From a bacterium (GTDB lineage: Bacteria > Patescibacteriota > Minisyncoccia > Phycocordibacterales > Phycocordibacteraceae): a stretch of 64,000 nucleotides of DNA. The notes under the pieces were generated by a model. The model was not told the origin of the DNA. It saw only the letters and a list, made by a program, of their open reading frames with translations, and searched no databases. Positions 36,406-52,100 of the stretch are shown one piece after another (the first letter of the stretch is position 1; the number at the start of each line of letters is the position of its first letter). The translations under genes were made by a program, and so were the position numbers. The stretch spans positions 14,142 through 78,141 of the forward strand of contig JAJZRL010000003.1 in NCBI GenBank assembly GCA_021802705.1, read 5' to 3'.

Positions 36406-37686
36406 ATGGCGGAGCCCGTTTCTTCCGAACCGTATAAGTATAAGGGGGTACGGGATTTCTATCCCGACGATTTCGCGCGGCAAGAAGCCATGTTCGCGCG
36501 CATAAGGGAAACGCTCAGTGCCTATGGATACGAAGAGTACGACGCTTCCCCTCTTGAACGCGCCGAGCTCTATGAATCAAAAACATCGGAAGAGATCGTA
36601 AACGAACAAACGTATACGTTCGTCGACCGCGGCGAACGACGCGTCACGCTGCGGCCTGAAATGACACCGACCCTGGCGCGAATGGTGGCTGCCAAACGAC
36701 GCGAACTCGTATTCCCGCTCCGATGGTTTTCTATCGGAAACCGTTTCCGCTACGAGCGCCCGCAACGGGGACGTTTGCGCGAATTCTACCAGGCGGATAT
36801 CGACATGGTCGGATTGCCCGAAGGCGAGGCGGATCTGGAAATCATCGCGCTCGCGGCACGCATCATGCGTGATTTCGGCGCAACTGAAAAAGATTTCGTT
36901 ATCCGCACGAATACGCGAACGCTCCTCGACGCCGCGTGCGAAGCGGCAGGGCTTAGCCGCGAAGAGAGCCGCCGCTATCTTCGGCTCCTTGATAAGAAAT
37001 CGAAGATGCCTCCCGAAGATTTCGCGGAAGCGCTCGCTTCAATAACGGCGAAAGACCCTCTCTCGTTCATAGAGAACGGGCAATCTTCGCAGGAAGTGTC
37101 CTCGGAGAAACGCGCGCTTGAAGAGCGTATTGACACGCTCCGGTCCCGCGGTATCCGCAACATCGTCTTCGACCCTTCGATTACGCGCGGTTTCGATTAC
37201 TATACCGGCATGATCTTCGAGGTGTTCGACACAAGCGCAGAGAACACCCGCGCCCTCTTCGGAGGCGGGCGTTATGATCGGCTTCTCGCCCTCTTCGGAG
37301 GCGAACCTATACCCGCGGTCGGTTTCGCGATCGGCGACGTTCCGCTCGCCGACTTTCTCAAGACGCACGGACTCGTGCAGACACCCTCCGCAAAAAGGAA
37401 GGCGCAGGTTTATCTCGGGACCCCGAGCGCGCGCGGTATCCCTTCCGCTCAGTCTTTCGCCGACGCTCTGCGAGATGAGGGGGTGCGGGTCTTTGTCAAT
37501 CTGACCGATAGAACGCTTGGTGAGCAGATCAGGGACGCGGTAAGACGGGATATTCCCCATTTTGTAGCGTACGGAGAGGACGAAATAACGCGCGGTACGG
37601 TCCGCATGAAGACGCTCGCGACAGGGGAAGAATCAGAACTCTCCCTGTCGGACCTTGCCAAACGGCTGCGCACCGACGATCGCTAA
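36406..37686 (+). CDS. hisS: Histidine--tRNA ligase
   Basis: Class II motifs KGVRDFYPDD, RYERPQRGRLREFYQ, FDPSITRGFDYYTGMIFE, GGGRYD. Start trimmed to MAEPVSS; the Arg-rich upstream extension overlaps prmC in another frame. Confidence 0.85.
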   Translation: MAEPVSSEPYKYKGVRDFYPDDFARQEAMFARIRETLSAYGYEEYDASPLERAELYESKTSEEIVNEQTYTFVDRGERRVTLRPEMTPTLARMVAAKRRELVFPLRWFSIGNRFRYERPQRGRLREFYQADIDMVGLPEGEADLEIIALAARIMRDFGATEKDFVIRTNTRTLLDAACEAAGLSREESRRYLRLLDKKSKMPPEDFAEALASITAKDPLSFIENGQSSQEVSSEKRALEERIDTLRSRGIRNIVFDPSITRGFDYYTGMIFEVFDTSAENTRALFGGGRYDRLLALFGGEPIPAVGFAIGDVPLADFLKTHGLVQTPSAKRKAQVYLGTPSARGIPSAQSFADALRDEGVRVFVNLTDRTLGEQIRDAVRRDIPHFVAYGEDEITRGTVRMKTLATGEESELSLSDLAKRLRTDDR

Positions 37687-37700
37687 CGCTTCCCTGTCGT

Positions 37701-38282
37701 ATGCGCGCCATCACGTTCGATATAGAATCCATCTCCGATTCCGTCGTGCGCGGGCGTCTCGATATACACGAGCAGGAGCTGACGGTCGTCGCCATCCATG
37801 ATTCAGAGACCGGTGAATACTCTTCATACACGAAAGAAGAGCTTCCCCGGCTCTGGCACATCCTCGAACGGGCTGACATGCTTATCGGCTTCAACTCCGA
37901 CGTGTTCGACATACCTCTCCTAAATCGCTACTATCCGGGCGATCTTTCGCGGCTACGGTCGCTCGATCTGCTGGTAGAGGTACAGAAAGCGCTCGGACGG
38001 CGTGTACGGCTGCAATCGCTCGCCGAAGCGACGCTCGGTAAAAGCAAATCCGGTGATGGGCTCAAGGCGGTCGAATGGTGGAGAGAAGGGAAAAAGGATA
38101 AAGTCCGGGCATACTGCATCGAAGATGTCCGTATTACGCGAGAACTCTATGAATATGCGCTCCTCAACGGCCTGCTCAAATACAAGGATCTGCGCGATAT
38201 CCGCGATATAAAGCTCGACACTTCCCTCTGGGAAACCAGGACGGGCTTACCCCCCGCCATGACGCACGCGCTCCCGCTATGA
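37701..38282 (+). CDS. DEDD-family 3'-5' exonuclease (RNase D/T-like)
   Basis: Exo I ITFDIES, Exo II-like GFNSDVFDIPLL, Exo III-like YCIEDVRITRELYEY. Confidence 0.55.
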   Translation: MRAITFDIESISDSVVRGRLDIHEQELTVVAIHDSETGEYSSYTKEELPRLWHILERADMLIGFNSDVFDIPLLNRYYPGDLSRLRSLDLLVEVQKALGRRVRLQSLAEATLGKSKSGDGLKAVEWWREGKKDKVRAYCIEDVRITRELYEYALLNGLLKYKDLRDIRDIKLDTSLWETRTGLPPAMTHALPL

Positions 38283-38953
38283 AACTCTCCCTTCCGCTCG
38301 CCATAATGCTCGGAGGCGTCATCGTCGCAAGCGCCGTATATTTTTCGATCGAGGCAAAGAAGCCGGAAACGAACATTCCCCACGGCAATCCGGCGCTCGT
38401 ACGGCCTGTCGGCGCGAGCGACCATATACTCGGGAATCCCAACGCGAGCGTCATGATCGTCGAATACTCCGATTTCGATTGCGCGTTCTGCAAGACGTTC
38501 AATGAGACGCTCCATGAGATCGTCGCGAACGAAGGGGCGACCGGAAAAGTCGCGTGGGTCTACCGCGAATTCCCGCTCATCGAGATACATCCGACAGCGA
38601 TGGCGGATGCCCGCGCGGCTGAATGCGTGGCAGAAACCGCCGGTAATGACGCTTTCTGGAAATTCGCAGACCTGCTTTTCGCGAACCAACCGGCTGATCC
38701 GGCGCGGTACGGCGAATTCGCACAGGCTGCCGGCGTTTCAGGTACCGCATTCGCATCCTGTTACGCCAACGCGTCGACAACCGTCGATGCCCGCATCCTT
38801 GCCGATCGGAAGAATGCTCTTGACATGGGAGCGCGCGGAACGCCGTACTCGCTCATCCTTGTTCCGGACGCCACGCCCGTTGTCATGGACGGAGCGTATC
38901 CTTACGACATCGTTAAGCAGCTTGTCGATCGAGCGCTCCAGAACGCGAAATAG
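38279..38953 (+). CDS. DsbA-like thiol:disulfide oxidoreductase (thioredoxin fold), membrane-anchored
   Basis: N-terminal TM helix, CxxC active site in YSDFDCAFCKTF, DsbA-type helical insertion. ATGA overlap with the upstream gene. Confidence 0.7.
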   Translation: MKLSLPLAIMLGGVIVASAVYFSIEAKKPETNIPHGNPALVRPVGASDHILGNPNASVMIVEYSDFDCAFCKTFNETLHEIVANEGATGKVAWVYREFPLIEIHPTAMADARAAECVAETAGNDAFWKFADLLFANQPADPARYGEFAQAAGVSGTAFASCYANASTTVDARILADRKNALDMGARGTPYSLILVPDATPVVMDGAYPYDIVKQLVDRALQNAK

Positions 38954-38973
38954 CCCCGAGGAAACGACGCTCA

Positions 38974-41895
38974 CTACGCTTCACTGACGATATACCCGAC
39001 AAGATCGCAGTAATCGCAGGCTGCAGGGTCGCAAGACGCGGTAAAAGCGGATCCCTGGACGATGGAGCGCGCCGCATCGGCGAGCTCCGTTTCAAGATCG
39101 GCGACTTCGGCTTCCGTGATGAGGAATCGCCGGGTAATGATATCGCCTTTCTCGTCCGGCTCGACGAAATGGAGCTCGGCCTCGTTCATGACGTAACGCC
39201 CGTCCCTCTCGAGAAGGAGCTTGTAAAAAACGAGCTGGCGATAGTAGTCACCGGTACTCTTTTTCGTAAGACCCTTGATCTCGTTTACGCTTCGTGCCGA
39301 ACCGGTCTTATAGTCAACGACCGTAACGGTTCTTCCATCCGCGTTTGCGTCGATCCGGTCAATTTTTCCGGTAAGCGGGAATTCGCCGACGCCGGGAACG
39401 CCGAAGGGCACCGTTATCGAAAGCTCCGATTCGCGCGTCTCACCGAAAGAATGACCATGCTTGAGAAGGTACGCCGTAAGCGCCGATACGCCGGTCTTTA
39501 TAAGATCGTCTTTTTCCGAAGGAGAGAGCGGCATCCCGGCGATCTCGGAACGGAAAGCGGAAATGGCATCTTCCGCTAAAGCTCCGCCCGCTTTCGCTTT
39601 GTCGGTATACGCTTTCAGACTCGAGTGGATGGCTGTGCCGAAAAGCGCCGGAAGAGAGGGTGTGTCGGGAAGATTGATAAGCGTCCGGAAGTAGTACTGC
39701 CACGGAGAAGCTTTGTAGTTGTTGAAACCGGTCGGAGAGAAACCGCGCGCAAGGAACCGCTCCCTGACGAATTCCGGATCGAGTATGGCGCGCGTCTCGT
39801 AACGAGCAGGCACAAGGCTTTGCGCCGGAGAAAAGTTCCGGGAATTGAGATGGGGCGCGATATCAGCAAGGAAACGCAACGGCGTCTGCACCCGATTTTC
39901 TTCGGTCATTTTCGAATGGATGATAAGAACGCTGTCCTGCGCGCGGGTGAGCGCTACGTACAGAAGCCGCCGGATATCGTGTTCGTCATCCTCCTTCTCA
40001 AGTAAGAGGGAGAATTCGTCGGTCCTCCCGCGCAGCCACTTCTCATCGGTGGCGTGCGCGATAATCACGTGGGGGAACTCGAGACCCTTCGCGGCATGCG
40101 CCGTCATAAGACGGACGCCTGAGTGCCTCGTCCGCGGCCGCTTCACGTCGAGAGAGTGCTTCTCAATGCGTTCGATATGCTCCAGGAAATGAAGCGCGGT
40201 CGCGCTTGGGTCTTCTTTCGCGAGTACGGCAGCTTCGTTCATGAGCCCCTGGTACGCTTCGTAGGCATCTTCGCTTTCCGCCAAGGAGAGGAGACCCTTC
40301 TCGAACCCGCTTACGCGCGCGAGCCGCACAAGCAGAGGAACGAGAGGCGTCGCCGGCGTTTCCTCCGCGATGCCCTTCATATCCCGGATCCATGAACGCA
40401 TCTCCTTATTGCCCTTCTCCGCCAGCACCTCGGCGAGCGGCCTGTCCCTTCTCGGCAACGCGAGGAGCCGCATGCGTTCTTTAAGCGTGCCGGGCATTCC
40501 CGGCATGAAAAGAGCGCGGGCGAGCGGAGCGTCTTCCAGAGAACGGGCGACCGCACGGATAAGTTCGATGAAAAGCAGGGTCGCGGGATGCGAGAGCGCA
40601 TCCATCTCCGCGCTCGCGTGATCTTCGGGGATCCCTGCGGCACGAAGCGCGTCAGCGAGCGCGAGGACGTCGGCGTTCTTCTTGGTCAGAACCGCTATTG
40701 CATCGTACGGCGTTCCGGAAGCGTGCAGCTGGCTTATGTGCGAACCTATCGCTTCCAGCTCTTCGCGGGGCGTAGAGCACTCGACCTCTTCGATCGTCCC
40801 TCCTTCGCCGCGCGCGGCATGAAGCATGGGGCGGAGCGCCGGATCCGGTATCGGGGCGGGCGCAATGAGGTCATGCGCGGCCGCGAGAATACCCGCGGTC
40901 GAACGGTAATTCTCATTGAGAGAGATGACTTTCGCGTCCGGATATTTCTCCTTGAAATAAAAAAACGACGCAAGCGATGCTCCCTGGAAACGATAGATCG
41001 CCTGCTTCTCGTCGCCGACGATAAAAAGGTTGGGCGCGCCGTCAAAATCGGTTACAAGCTCGAGGAGGCGGTTTTGGGCAGGATTCGCATCCTGGTGTTC
41101 GTCGGCAAGGACGAATTGCGACCGCTCGCCCACATACGAGCGGAACTCTTCATCGGTCTCGAGCCCGCGAATGGCCTCGCTGATGAGATCTTCGTAGTCA
41201 TAGAGCGACTCGCGCTCAAGCGCCATCTCGTATGCCGAAAAAAGACGTGCGACTTCGATATGCTTCTCGATGCGTTCGCGCCGGCGGGCATGCTCGCCCT
41301 TTTCCCGGCCTGCGTATTGCCCGGCCGCATGAATGCGGTCGGGGTCGGCAAGCACGCTTTCGTGCTCGCGCGTAAGATCGGAAAGATACCGCTCCGGCGT
41401 GTAGTGCTCTTGTTTGAGCTTGGCCATGAAAGCAAAGAGGCTTTTTGCCGCGCGGTACGGATCTTTCGGGTTGCGTATTTTTGCGTATGATCCCTCGTCA
41501 AGGAGCTTTTCCATAAGCGCGATGCCGCGCACCGGAGAGAGGTGGGTACCGAGCGCGACGCGCGGGAAAAGGTCCGGGCGCAGCTCGAGTATCGAACGGG
41601 CAAAGCCGTGGAACGTGTTGATGCGGACACGGTATGCGGCCGTACCGATAAAATGAACGAGCCGCGCGCGGAGCGCGGCTGCCGCGCCGTCAGTAAAAGT
41701 GAGCGCAAGGATCTCGTCCGGCTTCGCTCCGGTTGCTTTGAGCAGGATATTCCCTATGCGGAGCGCGAGCACCTGCGTTTTCCCCGTACCGGGGCCCGCG
41801 ATGACGAGTACCGGGCCATAGAGAGCGTCTACCGCTTCTTTCTGCTTCGCATTCAGTTTCCGGTATGCTTCTTCGAAAACGGGCGTTGTGATCAT
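38974..41895 (-). CDS. UvrD/PcrA-like SF1 helicase fused to C-terminal PD-(D/E)xK RecB-family nuclease domain (AddA/RecB-like)
   Basis: Walker A AGPGTGKTQ, UvrD motifs (DEHQD, TAHAAKGLEF). C-terminal nuclease GKIDRIDANADGRTVTVVDYKTG and Cys cluster CDPAACDYC. 973 aa. Confidence 0.8.
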   Translation of the reverse strand: MITTPVFEEAYRKLNAKQKEAVDALYGPVLVIAGPGTGKTQVLALRIGNILLKATGAKPDEILALTFTDGAAAALRARLVHFIGTAAYRVRINTFHGFARSILELRPDLFPRVALGTHLSPVRGIALMEKLLDEGSYAKIRNPKDPYRAAKSLFAFMAKLKQEHYTPERYLSDLTREHESVLADPDRIHAAGQYAGREKGEHARRRERIEKHIEVARLFSAYEMALERESLYDYEDLISEAIRGLETDEEFRSYVGERSQFVLADEHQDANPAQNRLLELVTDFDGAPNLFIVGDEKQAIYRFQGASLASFFYFKEKYPDAKVISLNENYRSTAGILAAAHDLIAPAPIPDPALRPMLHAARGEGGTIEEVECSTPREELEAIGSHISQLHASGTPYDAIAVLTKKNADVLALADALRAAGIPEDHASAEMDALSHPATLLFIELIRAVARSLEDAPLARALFMPGMPGTLKERMRLLALPRRDRPLAEVLAEKGNKEMRSWIRDMKGIAEETPATPLVPLLVRLARVSGFEKGLLSLAESEDAYEAYQGLMNEAAVLAKEDPSATALHFLEHIERIEKHSLDVKRPRTRHSGVRLMTAHAAKGLEFPHVIIAHATDEKWLRGRTDEFSLLLEKEDDEHDIRRLLYVALTRAQDSVLIIHSKMTEENRVQTPLRFLADIAPHLNSRNFSPAQSLVPARYETRAILDPEFVRERFLARGFSPTGFNNYKASPWQYYFRTLINLPDTPSLPALFGTAIHSSLKAYTDKAKAGGALAEDAISAFRSEIAGMPLSPSEKDDLIKTGVSALTAYLLKHGHSFGETRESELSITVPFGVPGVGEFPLTGKIDRIDANADGRTVTVVDYKTGSARSVNEIKGLTKKSTGDYYRQLVFYKLLLERDGRYVMNEAELHFVEPDEKGDIITRRFLITEAEVADLETELADAARSIVQGSAFTASCDPAACDYCDLVGYIVSEA

Positions 41896-41981
41896 ATCGT
41901 TAGTCTAACGTATCTCTTTCTTTTAGACGGAGGGGGCAGAACGGCATGCCGCCGCACACGGAAAGGCCGATAGGCAGTTTT

Positions 41982-43241
41982 TTAATATGACTTCAGGTGC
42001 CTCGCCTTGTCATGGAAGCGGATCTTTTCAAGCGCTTTCGATTCGATCTGCCGGATGCGTTCGCGCGTGACACCGAACTCTTTTCCGACTTCTTCGAGAG
42101 TGTGGTAGATGCCGTCCATGAGGCCGTGGCGCATCTCGAGGATCTTACGCTCTTTCGGAGAAAGGTCGTTCAGGATGGAGCGCACCTGTTCCGCGAGGAT
42201 GCGCTCGGAAGACTCCTGTATAGGCGACGGGATCTTGTCGTCGGGGATGAAATCCCCGAGAGTCGACTTCTCGTCGTCGTCGGAGCCGATGGGGTTCTCG
42301 AGAGAAAGCGTGTCCTGGTTGATCTTCTCGATCTGGTAAACCTTCTCGGGCTCCACTCCCATTTCGACGGCGATCTCTTCCGGCTGGGGATCACGGCCGA
42401 GCACCTGAGCGAGACGGCGCGAGACCTGCTTGTATTTTGCGATGGTTTCCACCATATGCACAGGGATGCGGATGGTGCGGGACTGGTCTGCAAGAGCGCG
42501 CGTGATCGCCTGGCGGATCCACCAGGTCGCATAGGTTGAGAATTTGTATCCCTTTTTCCAGTCGAACTTGTCCACTGCGCGGAAAAGACCAAGATTGCCT
42601 TCCTGGATGAGGTCGAGGAGCGTGAGGTCGGGACTGCGGCCGACGTATTTCTTCGCTATAGAAACCACGAGACGGAGATTGCTGCGTGCAAGGATGTTGC
42701 GCGCTTCCGCGTCGCCTTTCTCTATGCGTTTCGCGAGCTCGCGCTCTTCGGCGGCGACAAGGAGCGGGTACTGGCCGATCTCGCGAAGATATATCTGTAT
42801 GGAATCGTAACTTGATGAGTGGCGGTCTTTGATGTTGCGCGCCGCGAGATACTCGTCAGCGGTGTCCTCGAGCATGCCGCCTTCGAGCACGTCAACGCCG
42901 GCTGCGGAAAACCGCTCGTAGAGCGATTCGAGGAAATCGACATCGTTCTCCACATGAGGGAACGATTTCAATATTTCGCTATAGGTTACATATCCGCGCT
43001 CCTTCCCCTTCTCTATGAGCTGCTCCGCCGAGAGGACCTTCTGCGATAATTCTTTCGCTTTCGCGCTTCGCACGGCGGTGCGGACAATGCGCTTCGTCCG
43101 TACGGTTTTCGCTTTTGCCGTCTTCGTCCGTGCGGCACGGACGGTTTTCGTCGCCGTCTTCTTTTTCTTAAGCGGGCGCCGTACAACGGCCTTTTTCAAG
43201 GTCTTCTGAACGCTCTTTTTCTTTTTCGCGTGCATCGTCAT
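41982..43241 (-). CDS. rpoD: RNA polymerase sigma-70 factor with Lys/Ala/Thr-rich histone-like N-terminus
   Basis: Regions 1.2-4.2 conserved ([11 protein letters not shown], rpoD box [33 protein letters not shown], region 4 HTH) after an ~80-aa K-rich tail. Confidence 0.9.
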   Translation of the reverse strand: MTMHAKKKKSVQKTLKKAVVRRPLKKKKTATKTVRAARTKTAKAKTVRTKRIVRTAVRSAKAKELSQKVLSAEQLIEKGKERGYVTYSEILKSFPHVENDVDFLESLYERFSAAGVDVLEGGMLEDTADEYLAARNIKDRHSSSYDSIQIYLREIGQYPLLVAAEERELAKRIEKGDAEARNILARSNLRLVVSIAKKYVGRSPDLTLLDLIQEGNLGLFRAVDKFDWKKGYKFSTYATWWIRQAITRALADQSRTIRIPVHMVETIAKYKQVSRRLAQVLGRDPQPEEIAVEMGVEPEKVYQIEKINQDTLSLENPIGSDDDEKSTLGDFIPDDKIPSPIQESSERILAEQVRSILNDLSPKERKILEMRHGLMDGIYHTLEEVGKEFGVTRERIRQIESKALEKIRFHDKARHLKSY

Positions 43242-43280
43242 ATAAAAATGAAATGATGGTGATAAAAGGGTACGGAAGTA

Positions 43281-44990
43281 TCAGCGCCCGAGCGCAGCGA
43301 GACGCGTAGAAAGCTTTGCACATGCCGCCTGGGCATCTTCGATCGCGGATGCATCCCTCCCCGTTTCGGCCATGCGCAGGGTTCCCACTGCTTGTTGATA
43401 CGCTTCGCGAACAACCGCTTCTTCAAAAGCGCGAAGAAGCTCGTCCGCAGCATCCTCGTGAGGATCCGCACCGAATGTCTGCTCCGCCATAAAGAGAGCC
43501 GACTCCGGGGGTGTGTCAAGCGGAAATTGGTGAGCTTCGGTAATTCGACAATACTCTGATTCTATGCGATGCGCAAGCGGGGTATCGGGATAGGCGTGGA
43601 AAACGGCGAGGAGCTGCTCGGAACGGATATCCCTGGAGGAGCGTGCGACGGTCGCCGGAGAGACGTCGTATCTCTGCGGTATTTTCGCGGATACCGAGCC
43701 CGACGACTTCCTCAATGATTCTCCGACCGTCTCGCTTGAAAGCCCGAGCGCGCGCGCGGTGATCTGTATGAAATGTTCGCGCTCCATCGGGCTCTGGATA
43801 GCCGAGATGAGCGGGAGCACCGTCTGTTCGACAACGCGCAAAAGCCGGTGAGGATCACGCTCGCTCTCGGTAAGCTCGGCAAGGAAAAACTCGATGATCG
43901 ATTCCGCCGAGGCTATGCAGCGTGAAAAGGATTTCGGATCGTCGGCGACGAGATCCGCGGGATCCTTCCCTTTCGGAAGCCGGGCCGCTTTGACCTGCAG
44001 TCCGTTTCGGAGCGCTAATGCGGCTGATTTCGCTGTCGCGGCAAGACCGGCCTTATCGGCGTCAAGGACAAGCATGAGGTTTCCGCTGTAACGTTTGAAT
44101 ATCGCGATATGCTTCTCGGAAAGCGCCGTTCCGGAGAGCGCGACGACGTTTGAAAATCCGGCCTGATGCGCGAGCAATACGTCCATCTGTCCTTCGACGA
44201 GTATGCCAAAACCGCGAACGCGTATCGCGTCCTTTGCGGTATCCATGCCGAAGAGAATCTCGGACTTCCTGTACAACTCCGTTTCCGGGCTGTTGAGGTA
44301 TTTTGCCGGTTCAGGCTCCGACCCTTCCGGCTCCGGCTTCGGAGAAGGTATGGTGCGGCCGGTAAATCCGACGACACGGCCGGCCGTATCGCGTATCGGA
44401 AACATGAGCCGATTGCGGAACCGGTCATAGAATGTCCCCCGTTTCCCGTCAGCTTCTTTCACGAGCCCCGCCTCCGCGAGTTCGGCTACCGTAAAGCCTT
44501 CTGATGAGAGAGCGGTGAGGAGCTCGCGCCACGCGGGCGGAGCGTAACCGATGCGCCATTGGGCGAGGGTTTCATCGCGGAGCCCTCGCTGCACGGCATA
44601 CGCGTGAGCCGGGCTTCCGGAAAGCCGTCCGGCGTACCACTCGCTCGCCCGGCTGAGCGCTTCACGCAACCGCTCGGCGTGTGAGCGGCTTGCGCTGTCG
44701 AAACCGCTCTTGAGTTCGACACCTGCCTTTTCGGCAAGGATCTTTAAGCTCCCCTTGAAATCGACTCCTTCGATCTTCTCTATGAAAGAGAATCCGTCGC
44801 CGCCAAGCCCGCAACCGAAACAGTGCCACGTGCCGCGCTCGGGACTCACGTGGAAGGACGGGGTTTTCTCCTTATGAAAAGGACAAAGCCCGCGAAGCGA
44901 CTTCCCTGCCCGCGAAAGCTTGACATACGGGCTTATGATATCCTGGATACTCAATCGCTCCTTAATCTCTGTGGCCGTGTCGGTTGCCAT
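43281..44990 (-). CDS. dnaG: DNA primase
   Basis: CHC2 zinc finger CPFHKEKTPSFHVSPERGTWHCFGCGLGGD and TOPRIM motifs (LVEGQMDVL, DADKAG). Start taken at MATDTATE; the classical dnaG-rpoD order is kept. Confidence 0.9.
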   Translation of the reverse strand: MATDTATEIKERLSIQDIISPYVKLSRAGKSLRGLCPFHKEKTPSFHVSPERGTWHCFGCGLGGDGFSFIEKIEGVDFKGSLKILAEKAGVELKSGFDSASRSHAERLREALSRASEWYAGRLSGSPAHAYAVQRGLRDETLAQWRIGYAPPAWRELLTALSSEGFTVAELAEAGLVKEADGKRGTFYDRFRNRLMFPIRDTAGRVVGFTGRTIPSPKPEPEGSEPEPAKYLNSPETELYRKSEILFGMDTAKDAIRVRGFGILVEGQMDVLLAHQAGFSNVVALSGTALSEKHIAIFKRYSGNLMLVLDADKAGLAATAKSAALALRNGLQVKAARLPKGKDPADLVADDPKSFSRCIASAESIIEFFLAELTESERDPHRLLRVVEQTVLPLISAIQSPMEREHFIQITARALGLSSETVGESLRKSSGSVSAKIPQRYDVSPATVARSSRDIRSEQLLAVFHAYPDTPLAHRIESEYCRITEAHQFPLDTPPESALFMAEQTFGADPHEDAADELLRAFEEAVVREAYQQAVGTLRMAETGRDASAIEDAQAACAKLSTRLAALGR

Positions 44991-45354
44991 CCCTTTTATT
45001 CTACCGTCAATAGAGCTTTTTCGTAATAAATGGCGTCCTCGGGGCAATAGACAACGAAATTGACATTGATATCAACTTGTTTCTCTTCAAGAAAATGCCT
45101 TACTGTACCAATCGCAATTTGTGCGGCTTCGGTTTACTGACTAGCTACGATCAAGGAATTTCTGTAGCAATTGGCGGGAACGCGTGACTCCTCACCTGCC
45201 ATTTCCCCCATAAACGGGCCCGACTGTATGAATCACGTATTTTGCAGGCAATCTGTAGCCCTTGGTGATTTTTACCTCGCCAGTCTCATACAAGGAATTG
45301 TTGGCAGCATTATTCTTGATAGTGCGACGCCGAAAGACGAGTGTCGGGGCAAAG

Positions 45355-45380
45355 AAAAACGCCCCGTTAGGGGCATTTTT
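45355..45380. terminator. Bidirectional terminator 3' of rpoC
   Basis: GCCCC-GTTA-GGGGC hairpin flanked by AAAAAC and ATTTTT. Confidence 0.65.
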
Positions 45381-45405
45381 CGCTGTCTGATTTTACTGCG
45401 AGCGA

Positions 45406-49137
<3,732 letters not shown>

Positions 49138-49167
49138 AGGGATGTGAAAAGGTTGCGGATAATAACG

Positions 49168-52100
49168 TTATGCGTCCGACGTATCGGCCGGCGGCAGGTT
49201 CATAGGCTCGACATCGAGCGCGAGGCCTCGGATCTGGTTGGTAAGGACGGAGAACGACGCGGGCGTGCCGGTATGGCTTATCGTCTCGTCTTTCACGATC
49301 GCGTCGAATGCGGCCGAACGGCCCTGTATATCGTCTGATTTTATGGTGAGCATCTCGCGAAGCGTATATGCGGCGCCGTAGCCGAGAAGCGCCCATACTT
49401 CCATTTCGCCGAAGCGCTGGCCTCCGTTTTGCGCCTTCCCTCCCAAGGGCTGCTGGGTGATGAGGCTGTAGGGACCGATGGAACGCATGTGGATCTTGTC
49501 TTCCACCATGTGATGGAGCTTGAGGATGTACATGTAACCGACCGCTATCTCCTGAGCGAACGCGTCGCCCGTGCGGCCATCGTAAAGCTTCATTTTTCCG
49601 CTCCGGGAAAAACCGGCAGCCTGGAGTTCATCGCGTATCTCGTCCGCGGTCGCTCCCGCAAACGGCGGTACGATCGCCTGATAGCCGAGCGTGTGCGCGG
49701 CAAGGCCGAGATGCATCTCGAGAATCTGCCCGAGATTCATACGGGAAGGAACGCCGAGCGGGGTGAGAAGGATATCGACCGGATTGCCGTCCTTGTCATA
49801 GGGCATGTCGGCAACCGGCAGGACGCGGCTGATAACGCCCTTGTTGCCGTGGCGGCCGGCGAGCTTGTCGCCGACAGAGACGTTCCGCACCTGAGCGACC
49901 GTAACGATTATCTTCTTGATGATGCCGCTTTCGAGCTGATCGCCTTTTTCTCTCGAGAAGACGCGTACCCCGATGACGCGTCCGCGCTTCCCGCCTTCCA
50001 TGCGAAGGCTCGTGTCTTTCACGTCTTTCGCCTTATCTCCGAAAATGGAACGGAGAAGACGCTCTTCGGGCGTAAGCTGCGTTTCGCCCTTCGGGGTTAC
50101 CTTGCCGACGAGAATGTCACCCGGACGAACCTCTGCGCCGATGCGGATGACCCCTTCTTCGTCGAGATTCTTCAGCCGCAGTTCGCCGACGTTCGGTATG
50201 TCGTGCGTCGTCGTCTCAGGACCGAGCTTCGTGTCGCGGACGATGCAGTCGAAATCTTCGATATGGACCGTTGTGAATTTTGCGTCCTCGACGAGCCGTT
50301 CGGAGATGACGATAGCGTCCTCGTAATTCGCGCCGTTCCAGCTCATGAACGCTACGCGCACGTTCTGGCCCAAGGCGAGCTGTCCCTGGTCGGTCGAAGA
50401 GTTGTCGGCGAGCACGTCGCCCTTCTTCACCTTCTCGCCTACGCGTACGCTCGGTCGCTGCATGAACGCCGAGTTCTGGTTGGTTTGAGTGAGCCCTTGA
50501 AGCCGGTATTCTTTCGCCTTCTCGTCTTTGTTCTTCACGACGATTGCGCGCGCGTCGACATAGGTGACCTCGCCGGCCTCTTCGGCGAGGATGAGGCGGC
50601 CGGTGCTGCGTGCGGCATGCGCTTCAACGCCTGTCGCGACAAGGGGAGCCTCGGGGATAAGAACCGGCGTCGCCTGCTTCTGCATGTTGCTGCCCATGAG
50701 CGCGCGGTTCGCGTCGTCATGATTGACGAACGGGATCATCGACGTCGCGATAGAGAACATCTGGTATGTGGACGCGTCCATGAGCGTGACGGCCTCGCGC
50801 GCGACGATGACCGGCTCGCCTTTATGGCGCGCCTCGACGGAGTCAGGGACGATGCGACCGTCGTCATCGAGCTTGGTCGCACCGTGCGCGATGATCTCGT
50901 TCTCTTCATCGAGCGCGTTTAGATAAACGATGTCGCCGCTCGCCTTGCCGTTCTTTACCCGGACATACGGCGTTTCGATGACGCCAAAATCGTTCGTACG
51001 CGCATGCGTCGCCATGTGCAGGATAAGGCCGATATTCTGGCCCTCCGGCGTATGGATAGGACAGAGGCGTCCGTAATGAGAGGGATGGACGTCACGCACC
51101 TCGAAACCGGCGCGCTCGCGCGTAAGCCCTCCTGGGCCGAGCGCCGAGAACGTACGCATGTTTTCCAGTTCGGCAAGGATGTTCTGCTGATCCATGAACT
51201 GCGAGAGCTGGTTCGCCGTGAAGAACTCGTGGACTGATGCCTGGAAAGGACGCGGGTTCACGAGCGCCATGGGGAGCGTTGTCTCGCTCTCGATGGTCGA
51301 CATGCGATCCTGGATGTTGCGTTTCATTCGGCTCATGCCGATACGCATGCGCGACTGGAGCAGCTCGCCGACAAACCGCACGCGACGGAAGCCGAGGTGG
51401 TCGATATCGTCGGGACGCGCGGACGGATCCTCGTTCAGCGCCGTGATCTCCTTTATGATGCGTACAAAGTCCGCAAGTGAGAGCGTGCGCTTCTCGAGCG
51501 CCTTCTCTGATGTCGGAAGACCGAATCGCGCATTCAGCCGGTGCCGGCCCACCTTGCCCAGGTCATACCGTTCGGCGGAGAAAAGCGCCTGTACGAAGTT
51601 CTTCGCGTTCTCCGGAGTCGTGAGATCGCCGTCGCGCATGCGGCGGTGGATCTCGATGTACGCCTCTTCGATCGACTTCGCTTCGTCATGCACGAGCGTC
51701 GCCTGCAGTGCCGCGAGCGCGCGCGGATCGTCTTCAAAATGCTTGAGCGCCGCTTCTCTTATGCCGCCGCCGAAAACCGTGAGGAGTTCGGTAATAGGAA
51801 ACTTCCGTTTCCGATCGATCCTCACGAAAATGGCTCCGTCGGCCTCCGAGTCGATCTCGATCCAGACGCCCCGAAGCGGGATGATTTTTGCGCCGAAATA
51901 CTGTCTGCCGCGTATGATCTCGGAAACAAAGAATGCTCCGAAAGAACGGGCGAGCTGCGGCACGATGGCGCGCTCGACGCCCGAGACGATGAAAGAGCCG
52001 TGCGGCGTCATGATTGGCATGTCCGCAAGGAATAATTCTTGTGATTTCTCAGACCCGAGCGTCTTGTTGATGAGTTTGATCGAAGCTTTTATCGGCGCTT

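Noticed and set aside
45048-45405. 358-bp intergenic region between dnaG and rpoC, checked for structured ncRNA (RNase P, tmRNA, SRP, tRNA)
   Set aside because: None of the conserved boxes (RNase P GGAAAGTCCGGGCT, tmRNA tRNA-like end, SRP domain IV) is present. It contains only the rpoC terminator and loose direct repeats (ACAAGGAATT..., CTGTAGC); likely promoter or leader DNA for dnaG.
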